Shown piece after piece: positions 9,246-17,791 of a DNA stretch of 64,000 nt. The stretch is from Candidatus Wirthbacteria bacterium (GTDB lineage: Bacteria; Patescibacteriota; CG2-30-54-11), in NCBI GenBank assembly GCA_903889905.1, contig CAISZI010000010.1:1464-65463 (forward strand). Direction: 5' to 3'. Below the pieces are notes generated by a model. That model was not told the DNA's origin. It searched no databases and worked only from the letters and a program-made list of their open reading frames with translations. Within the stretch, counting starts at the first letter, position 1; each line of letters begins with the position of its first letter. The position numbers were made by a program, and so were the translations under genes.

Positions 9246-9308
9246 ACCGGCAGGCGTGTTTGCGACGACGATTGAACGCAGTGGTAGAGATTCTTCGTTT
9301 CACTCAGA

Positions 9309-10325
9309 ATGACATTGGAAGTAGTTCCTTCTAGGACTAGAAATACGGGAATTTTCTTGCTCGACAACCAACAACTTACCCTCGGGATCGAATCTTCCTG
9401 CGACGAAACGGCCGCAGCCATTGTGCGTGCGGATGGTTTGGTATTGTCAGACATCAAAGCGACCCAAATCGATATATTTAAAAATTTAGGCGGTGTGGTG
9501 CCCGAAATGGCGGCGCGCGCCCATACCGAAAAAATTCTGCCCGTGATTGACGAGGCGCTCAAAGCTGCGGCCGTGGATTGGGCTCAGATTGACCAGATCC
9601 ATGTGACCGAAGGCCCGGGCCTGATTGGTTCACTGCTGGTGGGCCACAGCGCGGCACAGGCGCTTGCTATGGCCTACAACAAACCGCTCCATTGGGTCAA
9701 CCACCTGCGCGCGCACTGCCTGGCCTGCTGGCTGTGGGAAGCAGGGGAGACTAAACCTGAAATTGTGTTCCCCTCTATTGGTTTATTGGTTTCGGGTGGC
9801 CACACACAGCTGCTGTGGATGAAGGATTACGAACATTGGGAAATCGTTGGGGAAACCATTGATGACGCGGCTGGGGAAGCGTTTGATAAGGTTGGCAAAA
9901 TGCTGGGGCTTCCTTACCCTGGCGGCCCGGAAGTCTCGAAGGCAGCCGAAAAGGGAAATCCACAAGCCTTTAAATTTCCCCGTGCACAACTGGAAAAGGG
10001 GAGTCTGGATTTTAGTTTTTCGGGCCTGAAGACGGCGGTGTTGCGGGAAATCAAAAAAGTGGAGATCGAGCAGCTAGGCGATCTGGAGAAAAAGCAGTTC
10101 GTGAGTGATGTGGCCGCGAGTTTTGAGGAAGCGGTGATCGAGGTCTTGCTTAGTAAAACCAGATGGGCTGTGTTAAAATATCAACCTTTAAGCATTCTGC
10201 TCGCCGGTGGCGTGGCGGCGAACAAAGCGCTAAGAGGACGGATGAAGGACGAATTTAGTTCCAAGTTTTATCTGCCCCAATTGAAGTTTTGTACTGACAA
10301 TGCCGCCATGGTCGGAGTCCACTAA
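9309..10325 (+). CDS. tsaD: tRNA N6-adenosine threonylcarbamoyltransferase TsaD (Kae1/Gcp family)
   Basis: LGIESSCDETAAAIV, VNHLRAH, SGGHTQL, GLPYPGGPEVSKAAE, FSFSGLKTAV, CTDNAAM. The real start is probably internal (TTG ~9358). The C-terminus ends only 4 aa after CTDNAAM. Confidence 0.8.
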   Translation: MTLEVVPSRTRNTGIFLLDNQQLTLGIESSCDETAAAIVRADGLVLSDIKATQIDIFKNLGGVVPEMAARAHTEKILPVIDEALKAAAVDWAQIDQIHVTEGPGLIGSLLVGHSAAQALAMAYNKPLHWVNHLRAHCLACWLWEAGETKPEIVFPSIGLLVSGGHTQLLWMKDYEHWEIVGETIDDAAGEAFDKVGKMLGLPYPGGPEVSKAAEKGNPQAFKFPRAQLEKGSLDFSFSGLKTAVLREIKKVEIEQLGDLEKKQFVSDVAASFEEAVIEVLLSKTRWAVLKYQPLSILLAGGVAANKALRGRMKDEFSSKFYLPQLKFCTDNAAMVGVH

Positions 10326-10375
10326 AACCAACACCAAATGCAATCCAACTCGGGATTGTTTACTTTGGAGGGTTT

Positions 10376-11593
10376 GTGGTGGCCATGGAGGGGGATCTTG
10401 TTGAATCGACAGGCACAGAAGCCCAAGTCTCAAGCCTAGCTGAACAGATCGAACGGTTTTCCATCGAACAGGCCAGAGATCCTGTGTTGGTTATTCCGCG
10501 GCTGCAAAAAACAGTCGGCTATTCCGCTGCGGCGGCACTCCGGGCCATCAGTCGTGTGTTAGGTCAGGAAGCGGGCAACGAACTGCCGTTGGATTTGCCC
10601 AAGGCGGACGCTGATAGCACCGAAGTCCAGGCGAAAGTGTTGCAGACCATGTGGGAAGATTATGACCAAAAGTTCGACGCGACCTGGAAGGGCAAGGACT
10701 TCTTGTCGAGTAAGAACATCAAAGACCGCTTTTCACTCCGGGTTGACGCCAGCGCAACCAGACTGGTCGACAAATGGCTGTATCGGATTAGTGATCACTT
10801 TTTGCAGCAGGAAGCTGATGGCGACGTGGAGAGCAATTTACTTTCTAGAATGATGGGAAAAATCTTCCCTCTGCTGAATGCGCTGAGCGATTTGCAGCAA
10901 AACCAGCATGCAGTGGCTATTTTAAACACAAAACTGAGCTTAGCCATCCGCTTGAATCGTGATGCCAATGATGATGAGGGGGCAACAGATTACAGCGCCA
11001 TCTGCAAACAAATTGCGCAAGAAAACGGTACCGACGTTAAGCAGATCTACAAAGTGGTGGGGATGCTGAAGCGTTTTGCCAAGCTGTCTTCGGTCCAGAT
11101 TTCACTATATTTAGCGATCCAGTTGGGCTTGCCGGTGGTTGTCGGCCTTTCCGGAAGTTTGTCATCAGAGATTCATGAGCATGCTGCTGACATCATGAGA
11201 GCAGAAGTGGGTGCGGCGGTTCTCATGCTAATGACCAAGGCGGTGGGCGACGCTAGTTTGTACAAGCGCGATGGCGTGACCAATGATGCATTCCAGTCAC
11301 TGCTCGTGAACCCCATGGTAATGCGAGCGTTTCGGCGGTGTCCGTTGCTGATGAAAGTATTGAAAGAAGACCCGCTTGTGCCTTTGGCTGTCGGTAATTT
11401 TATTTATGAGGTCGCACATTACATTATTCCGCAAATACCAACGTATGCTATCGCTTTAGGAATCAGTCAACAAACCGATTCTCCGTCGGTTCCTTTGGCA
11501 ACACTAACCGGAGATACGGCTTCTATCTTCATGGGAGTGTTGACAAGCATGTTGTGGTTGTTAACGAAACAAGTGCCAGAGGTCAAGAAGTAA
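10376..11593 (+). CDS. Hypothetical protein (405 aa, no recognisable domain)
   Basis: Long ORF with coding-like composition; no motif recognised. Confidence 0.45.
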   Translation: MVAMEGDLVESTGTEAQVSSLAEQIERFSIEQARDPVLVIPRLQKTVGYSAAAALRAISRVLGQEAGNELPLDLPKADADSTEVQAKVLQTMWEDYDQKFDATWKGKDFLSSKNIKDRFSLRVDASATRLVDKWLYRISDHFLQQEADGDVESNLLSRMMGKIFPLLNALSDLQQNQHAVAILNTKLSLAIRLNRDANDDEGATDYSAICKQIAQENGTDVKQIYKVVGMLKRFAKLSSVQISLYLAIQLGLPVVVGLSGSLSSEIHEHAADIMRAEVGAAVLMLMTKAVGDASLYKRDGVTNDAFQSLLVNPMVMRAFRRCPLLMKVLKEDPLVPLAVGNFIYEVAHYIIPQIPTYAIALGISQQTDSPSVPLATLTGDTASIFMGVLTSMLWLLTKQVPEVKK

Positions 11594-11859
11594 ATTAGGG
11601 GGAATGGATGGAGGGGGAGGATTGGAATATACTGCAAAGGGCGCGGGAGTTCATGACTGTTCAAACCGGGAGGGCTGTGATAAGATAGTAACCTTTTGGC
11701 AGTTTTGCTATGGGAGGAATGATCGTAAATATTTGGCATAGAAGGATAAAGCGGAATCATGCTAGAAAAGTGTTGTGATTTCATGAATGTCTTGAAAGAA
11801 AACACGGGAAGGATGAATGTAATAATTTTTCAACCTTTTGTCCTGGTTTATTATTTGAA

Positions 11860-12663
11860 GTGTATTTAATGGCAATTGCTAGATCAATTCTTGAGTTAGC
11901 AGGAGGTGAAAAGGGTAAGGATTATAATACATTTCCTGCCGTTTATTGGGATATATACCAGTGGTGGAGTAGAGAGCCAGAGATGAATAGACAGAGAAAT
12001 AAAATATTAGTGGATTATTGTAACAACGCGATACAAGGAAAAACATCAGTAACAGTTTTTGACGGGGGATGCGGTTCTGGAGTAATGGAAGAAGGGCTTT
12101 TAGTGAATAAAGATGTAAGTAAAATTATAGCCGTTGATTCCGAAGCAACAATGGTCGAAGGCACGCAGAGATTACTTGAAGGACAATTTGATTCCAGGCG
12201 ATTTCAAATTGTTCAATCAGATCTGGTTTCTATGCTAGAGTCTATGGAAGGAGTATCTATTGATTTAATAATTCTCTTGAAATCAATATTCTTTCTTCCT
12301 GTTCCTCAACGAGAGAATGCTATCAGAAATGCGGTAAGAGTTTTAAAGCCAAAAGGAAAAATATTAATTTCTGATGCAATTGATCAAAACTATGACAGAA
12401 TTTCTTTCTTGCATGATGCAATAAGACTTCAAGTGTCTAGTCAGGGGGTTTTACATGCGAGTAGGTTTATTATAAGAAACATGTCTAGAATTTCTAGATT
12501 GTTTTCTGAACTACCTACGGTTGAGAATGATAATATTGTTTTTAATCAGGCGGACGCTATAAGACTGTTGGAGGAGGCTTTTGTTTCAGTTCAAAAATTA
12601 CCTCCCGTGTTTGAGAATAGAGATTGGGTAGTTATGGGCGAGAAGAAAAATTTTGAAGATTAA
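11860..12663 (+). CDS. Class I SAM-dependent methyltransferase (small-molecule/protein type, not a DNA MTase)
   Basis: Motif I VFDGGCGSGVMEE; no (D/N)PP(Y/F) motif. AT-rich gene at the start of an AT-rich insert. Confidence 0.6.
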   Translation: MYLMAIARSILELAGGEKGKDYNTFPAVYWDIYQWWSREPEMNRQRNKILVDYCNNAIQGKTSVTVFDGGCGSGVMEEGLLVNKDVSKIIAVDSEATMVEGTQRLLEGQFDSRRFQIVQSDLVSMLESMEGVSIDLIILLKSIFFLPVPQRENAIRNAVRVLKPKGKILISDAIDQNYDRISFLHDAIRLQVSSQGVLHASRFIIRNMSRISRLFSELPTVENDNIVFNQADAIRLLEEAFVSVQKLPPVFENRDWVVMGEKKNFED

Positions 12664-12673
12664 GGGGCGTTCT

Positions 12674-13930
12674 ATGTTATCAAATCAAACAATAGGGAAC
12701 ACCTCATTTGAAGATGTTGGCGAATTGGGATTTCAATTGAAAGAGCGTCAATTATATGAAAAAGATTTATCAGGTGATCCTATAAAGACAGTTAGTGTTG
12801 TCGAAGTCGTTGACGAACTGAAAGAGGGGGACTTTTTAGATGCAATGGAGTGTTATCGACGAGGGATGCTTCGAGTAAATAGTAAATCTATTCAGATAAA
12901 ACAAGAAGTAGAGGAAAGAACAATTGAGATGATTTTTAAAGGCGAAGGACCTTTTGGATTAACCATTAAAAAAGTTATTTTTAGGGATCAATCACGTAGA
13001 ATTTCCAGCATCGCATTAATAGCAGAAGATATTCGTTCTGCTAGAGCCATTGATAGTTGGATAAGTCCTGAATATTCAACATCAAAATACCCAACATTTA
13101 ATCACTTATTCTTATTAGGATGCTTTGATCAGCAAGATTCCCTGTCTTTAGATTCTACTGCAACCTCTCAGTTTGATATCGCCCTTGAAACCATTTCAGC
13201 TGGAGTTCCAAGTAAGTTGTTCTTCGATTATTCAATTAGGATTGGATTGCCTCAATTTGGGGTGCTTGGGCACTGGATGGAAAATAAGCAAACATTAGAG
13301 GAAGGCCAGCAAAGATACTATTTCGGTAAATATAATCCATCTGAGATTACCAAGGAGGCTCTCGAAGCAAAATATTCCATTAATGATTCAACTCAAAGGT
13401 GGATTGTTGACAACAAACAGGAATTGGTTCGGTATTGTGGAATTCCTCATCCTTTAGCCGTTGTCCTCTATGAAATGTATATAAAGGCTTTCACGGGAAG
13501 TAACCAAAGGTCTTCACATAATTTTGAGACGACGGAGGGTGATTTCTTTTCACTTTTAGAGGGGAATTCCGGATTTACGTGGGTGGTCCAAGATAAGGAT
13601 ACTGCGACCCCTTCATCATTTCTCCATTCTACAACTCCAGAAAAAGTATCTTGGTTAAATCCCGAAAAAAAATGGGACAAAGAAACAAAACCCTCTCTTT
13701 ATATAAGAACAACTGTTAGCACTTCCGCAGTAGCACCATCAGTCTTTTTGACGATCTTTAAAACCCAAATACCTGATGGAGGTATTATTGCCTGTGATAT
13801 GGGCGAAAGAATTTCTGCTCCAAGGCAGACACAGGTTTTGTCTCGCCAATTCGGACTCCCGAGAGGTTCTGTAGAGATTTATGATGCCGAACAGTATTGT
13901 TCTATTGGAATACCCGTCGCCAAAGCATAA
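12674..13930 (+). CDS. Hypothetical protein (418 aa), AT-rich, unknown function
   Basis: ORF with AAGGGG RBS 6 nt upstream of the ATG at 12674. Overlaps the methyltransferase stop. No recognisable domain. Confidence 0.5.
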   Translation: MLSNQTIGNTSFEDVGELGFQLKERQLYEKDLSGDPIKTVSVVEVVDELKEGDFLDAMECYRRGMLRVNSKSIQIKQEVEERTIEMIFKGEGPFGLTIKKVIFRDQSRRISSIALIAEDIRSARAIDSWISPEYSTSKYPTFNHLFLLGCFDQQDSLSLDSTATSQFDIALETISAGVPSKLFFDYSIRIGLPQFGVLGHWMENKQTLEEGQQRYYFGKYNPSEITKEALEAKYSINDSTQRWIVDNKQELVRYCGIPHPLAVVLYEMYIKAFTGSNQRSSHNFETTEGDFFSLLEGNSGFTWVVQDKDTATPSSFLHSTTPEKVSWLNPEKKWDKETKPSLYIRTTVSTSAVAPSVFLTIFKTQIPDGGIIACDMGERISAPRQTQVLSRQFGLPRGSVEIYDAEQYCSIGIPVAKA

Positions 13931-13977
13931 AATAAATAGTATAATTAAAAGATTCTAATAATAATTAATAAAAAAAA

Positions 13978-16746
13978 ATGTTGCTTTTTGCTACATATAT
14001 TCCCATCTGGATCATGTTTTTTGGATTGGGTGGACTTGTTTTGTCTAGAGGGTTACGAAAACCTGCCAATATAACTTTTTTCCTTTTTTGTGTATCTATC
14101 TCCTTCTGGATTTTTTCACTTTTCTTGTCCGATTATTTACATGATCCTGTAAGCGTGCTTGTATGGACAAGGCTTACCTGGGTTGGGCCAATATTAGCAA
14201 GTACATTTTTTTCTGTTTTTTCATCCTGTTTTCCTAACCACACATTATCAATTCGCAAAATCTCAAAATTTTTCATTCCACCTATTTTTTTACTGATATT
14301 TACAGATACGAAGTGGAATATAGAGACTGTTTCAATAAGAGAATGGGGATCCGACTTGACGGTTGGGAAGCTTTACCCGGTATTATTCGTTTTTTTAATT
14401 GTTTATTTAATTGGAGCCCTTTTTAATTTTATTAAAGCATATAAAAGTTCGAGGACAGTCGAAAAATCCCAGATAAAATTAATTGTTATGGGCGCCTTTT
14501 TAAGTGCACTAATTGCGTTTGTTACAAATATATTGTCGAATTATTTAAATACAACAAGATGGAGCGTCTTTGGTCCATTAGCGTTTACTTTTTTTGTTGT
14601 CGCCGTTTCAATTGCAATTGTTAAGCACCGATTCCTTGATGTTCACATAATAATTCGACGAAGTCTTATTTATTTGTCTCTTGCATCAACCGTAATTATT
14701 GGTTACGCAGGCGCAGTCCTTCTTTTTCAAGGGGTTGTCTCGGGCGGAGAATTGCATCTAAGTGTCATCCAAATCTCCGGAATTGTCTTCGTCGCCCTCA
14801 CCGCCCCTTTGCTCCAGAAATGGTTTGAACGCTTGACTGACCGCTTCTTTTTCCGCAGCGCTTACAACACTCAGCACACCATTTTGGATCTGGCCAAGAA
14901 GATGAATTCGGTCAAAAGCCTGGACGAGCTGGATCAGCAGATCTTGGGGACGCTGACGGAGACGATGAAGATCAAGGGCGCGGCGATTTACCGGGAAAGC
15001 CATGAGAATGGAACCCTTTACAAACAAGTATCTGAGAAACAATTTGGCGCCACGGAGTTGTCACTCAAAAAGAACCTGACGCGACTACGTGCTTATTTCG
15101 CGACTCAGGCTGAAGTGTTGGTCACCGAAGAGGTGCTCCGCGACCGGCGGGACGATTTGGGGCATCGGGGCAATTTGATGCTAGCGTTGTGTGAGGACTT
15201 CTTTGGGCATGGCGTTGAGGTTGTAGTGCCGCTCATGGCCAAGGAACATTTGCTGGGGATGATCTTCTTGATGGGCAAGAAGTCAGGGGATGCTTACAGC
15301 GGACAGGATTTGCAGCTTCTGGAAATTCTGGCCAACAGCGCATCCGTGGCCATGGACAATGCCATGTTTTATGAGGAACTGGAACAACGTGTTCAGACCC
15401 GCACGACCGAAGTGAATGAAAAGAACCGTTACTTGATGACACTACAGCGAGTAACGACGCAGATTTTGCAGGGTGTTGACTTCAAGGAAGTCACACAGAA
15501 AATCGTCGATGCCATCCATGATGAAATGGGCCATGTGGGCGCATTCATCTTTAGCTACAAAGCGTCGACTGGCGAAACGCAGCTCACGGCTGTTTCCAAT
15601 GCCCGTCGGGTACAGGAGGCGCTTTCATTGATGGGGACGAAGGCGTTTGAGATCAAAGGCAATGTCCATGACAACAAGTTGATGCAACGGGTATTTGAGA
15701 CCAAAGAAGTTGCGATTGTGGACAAGTTGAGAGAGGTGCTGCAGCCGGCAATCTCAGGCGAGGTGGCTGACCAGATGCAACATCTGGCGCGGATCAAGGC
15801 GCTGGCGGTGGTACCGATTGTGGTGGAAGGCAAGGCGATTGGTGCGCTGACCTTTTTGATTGACCGGTACAAGGACCACATCACTACCGCCGAGCAGGAG
15901 ATCATGCATGCGCTGGCGCACCTGGTCGCGATTGTGATCCGCAACTCCCGCTATTATGATCAGGTCGAGAAAAGCAACAAACAGCTGGCGCGTGCCAATA
16001 CCCGCATCAATGACCAGGTGATCCAGCTCGAGGAAGCCAACAAACATCTGCAGCGGCTGGATAAGGCCAAGACTGAATTCCTTTCGATTGCTTCACATCA
16101 ACTGCGCACACCGCTCAGTGCCATTCGGGGTTACTTGTCGCTGCTCGAGGAAGGCGACTTTGGGGAAATGGCGGTGCAGCAGAAGACCGTGATCAAAAAA
16201 ATGCAGGACAACGTCAAACGTCTGGTTAATCTGGTCAATGATTTGCTCAGCCTGGCGCGGATCGAAGCCGGAACCGGCCCCAAAGGGCTGAATGCCGAAG
16301 AGATAGATTTCCGTATTGTGGTGGATCAGAGCGTGGACGAAGTGGCTTTGAAAGCGCAGAGCAAAGGATTATATTTACACTGGGAGCGCCCGGCGGACGA
16401 GGTTCGGATCAAGGTAGACAAGGAAAAAATCGACCAGGTGGTCATGAACCTGATCGACAATGCGGTTTACTATACACTTGAGGGCGGCGTGACGATCACC
16501 CTGACCGAAGAAAAGAAGAAGATTCGTTTTGTGGTGCAGGATACAGGCATTGGCATCAGCAAGGACAACATCCACGAGATGTTCGCCAAGTTCTACCGCG
16601 CCCAGGATGCGATGAAAGTTCGCCCCGACGGCACCGGCATTGGCCTCTACGTCGCCAAGATTATGGTGGAGTCGCATAACGGTAAGATCTGGGTGGAGAG
16701 CGAGGCAGGGAAGGGATCGAAGTTTATTGTGGAATTGCCGAAGTAG
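13978..16746 (+). CDS. Sensor histidine kinase: N-terminal polytopic (~8 TM) sensor domain, GAF domains, HisKA, HATPase_c
   Basis: TM-rich first ~230 aa (AT-rich DNA). H-box LSIASHQLRTPLSAIRGY, N-box NLIDNAVYYT, G-boxes QDTGIGI and GTGIGLYVAK. The C-terminal ~450 aa are paralogous to the next two HKs. Confidence 0.8.
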   Translation: MLLFATYIPIWIMFFGLGGLVLSRGLRKPANITFFLFCVSISFWIFSLFLSDYLHDPVSVLVWTRLTWVGPILASTFFSVFSSCFPNHTLSIRKISKFFIPPIFLLIFTDTKWNIETVSIREWGSDLTVGKLYPVLFVFLIVYLIGALFNFIKAYKSSRTVEKSQIKLIVMGAFLSALIAFVTNILSNYLNTTRWSVFGPLAFTFFVVAVSIAIVKHRFLDVHIIIRRSLIYLSLASTVIIGYAGAVLLFQGVVSGGELHLSVIQISGIVFVALTAPLLQKWFERLTDRFFFRSAYNTQHTILDLAKKMNSVKSLDELDQQILGTLTETMKIKGAAIYRESHENGTLYKQVSEKQFGATELSLKKNLTRLRAYFATQAEVLVTEEVLRDRRDDLGHRGNLMLALCEDFFGHGVEVVVPLMAKEHLLGMIFLMGKKSGDAYSGQDLQLLEILANSASVAMDNAMFYEELEQRVQTRTTEVNEKNRYLMTLQRVTTQILQGVDFKEVTQKIVDAIHDEMGHVGAFIFSYKASTGETQLTAVSNARRVQEALSLMGTKAFEIKGNVHDNKLMQRVFETKEVAIVDKLREVLQPAISGEVADQMQHLARIKALAVVPIVVEGKAIGALTFLIDRYKDHITTAEQEIMHALAHLVAIVIRNSRYYDQVEKSNKQLARANTRINDQVIQLEEANKHLQRLDKAKTEFLSIASHQLRTPLSAIRGYLSLLEEGDFGEMAVQQKTVIKKMQDNVKRLVNLVNDLLSLARIEAGTGPKGLNAEEIDFRIVVDQSVDEVALKAQSKGLYLHWERPADEVRIKVDKEKIDQVVMNLIDNAVYYTLEGGVTITLTEEKKKIRFVVQDTGIGISKDNIHEMFAKFYRAQDAMKVRPDGTGIGLYVAKIMVESHNGKIWVESEAGKGSKFIVELPK

Positions 16747-16774
16747 GGGAGTATCCAATTATAGGGAGAGTCTT

Positions 16775-17785
16775 ATGACTCCAACGCCGATTAATGTCGA
16801 GGAAAGGTTATTTTTTTATACAGACAAATTTGAAACTAAAACGACAATTCCGTTAGGTAAGTTTGTAAAAGAATTTAACGAAGTCAGGACTGCCATGTTC
16901 GGAGGATTAGATAAGCGGCAGAGTTTTTTATGGTATTGGGTGTTGATGTCACTGACAACAACAGCGCTTTGTGAGAAAGGGAAGAAAAATTCCTATAGCG
17001 AGTATGTAAATGAAGTAAAGCTGTTGGGTGTGATTTTTGATGTCTTATTGGATGATATTGCTGACCAATATGGCGACACAAAAACGGCAGCTATTTTATT
17101 GAAAGAAATCGAAAAAGCATGTTATCAAAAACCATATAATTTAAAAATGGTGACCGTTGCAGAACGAGAGTATGCATTATTTTGCGTAAAGGTCTGGGAG
17201 ACAATCTTTAAATATTTACAGCAGCTTCCAAGCTACCGTTTTTATAATGAAATGATGATGCGGAAGTATAAAAAATTGTTTGAAGTGATGACCTATTCAC
17301 TGGAAATACGTGTTGATCCTGAATCGGTAGATTATAAAAAATACCACCGCCTCCTTTCCCATAATATGCACATGATCATTAATGGTTTAATGGATTTAAT
17401 GTCCATGAAAACAAAATATGAAGGGATAGGACTAAAAAAGATTGTCCAGATTCTGTTGCTGGGGCAAAAAATGGGCAGGATCGGCAATGCGGTAACTACT
17501 TATGAGAGAGAATTGTTTGTGAAAGATTTCAGTAGTGATGTAATTGCATTTGCACTTAAAAAAGGCGTTTTAACGAAAAAAGATTTTAACGACGTGGAGA
17601 TGTTGACCGACAAAATCAAAGCAAAGCAGGAATATTTGGAAGGATTTTTTTGGAGCAAATGGTTGAGACTCAGGAATCAGTTAATCAAGCATGAAAACGA
17701 CTTCGATCATCTGGATATAAAAGGATACCGTCAAGGATTGGAGACATTAAAACAATTCCATTTGGCCAGTAGGGGAAACAAGTAG
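16775..17785 (+). CDS. All-alpha protein (336 aa) with class I terpene synthase-like motif layout (DDxxD, Arg sensor, NSE-like triad)
   Basis: ATG at 16775 with GGGAGAG RBS. DDIAD at aa 93-97, R192, and N238-x3-T242-x3-E246 (NAVTTYERE). The 141-aa spacing DDxxD-to-NSE and the 46-aa Arg-to-NSE spacing match bacterial sesquiterpene synthases. Confidence 0.4.
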   Translation: MTPTPINVEERLFFYTDKFETKTTIPLGKFVKEFNEVRTAMFGGLDKRQSFLWYWVLMSLTTTALCEKGKKNSYSEYVNEVKLLGVIFDVLLDDIADQYGDTKTAAILLKEIEKACYQKPYNLKMVTVAEREYALFCVKVWETIFKYLQQLPSYRFYNEMMMRKYKKLFEVMTYSLEIRVDPESVDYKKYHRLLSHNMHMIINGLMDLMSMKTKYEGIGLKKIVQILLLGQKMGRIGNAVTTYERELFVKDFSSDVIAFALKKGVLTKKDFNDVEMLTDKIKAKQEYLEGFFWSKWLRLRNQLIKHENDFDHLDIKGYRQGLETLKQFHLASRGNK

Positions 17786-17791
17786 TAAGAC

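Noticed and set aside
10326-10375. Frameshift joining tsaD to the downstream 405-aa ORF
   Set aside because: The downstream protein has no similarity to the TsaD C-terminal region and starts in a different frame 50 bp later. There is no evidence of a fused gene.
11860-12663. Restriction-modification or other DNA-methylation defence role for the AT-rich methyltransferase
   Set aside because: Only motif I (GxGxG) is present. There is no (D/N)PP(Y/F/W) catalytic motif, target-recognition domain or adjacent nuclease, so a small-molecule/protein MTase is more likely.
16640-16774. ORF-track start at 16640 for the terpene-synthase-like gene, overlapping the 3' end of histidine kinase 1
   Set aside because: The overlap region is in-frame read-through of the kinase C-terminus. 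An ATG at 16775 with a GGGAGAG Shine-Dalgarno immediately after the kinase stop is the more plausible start.
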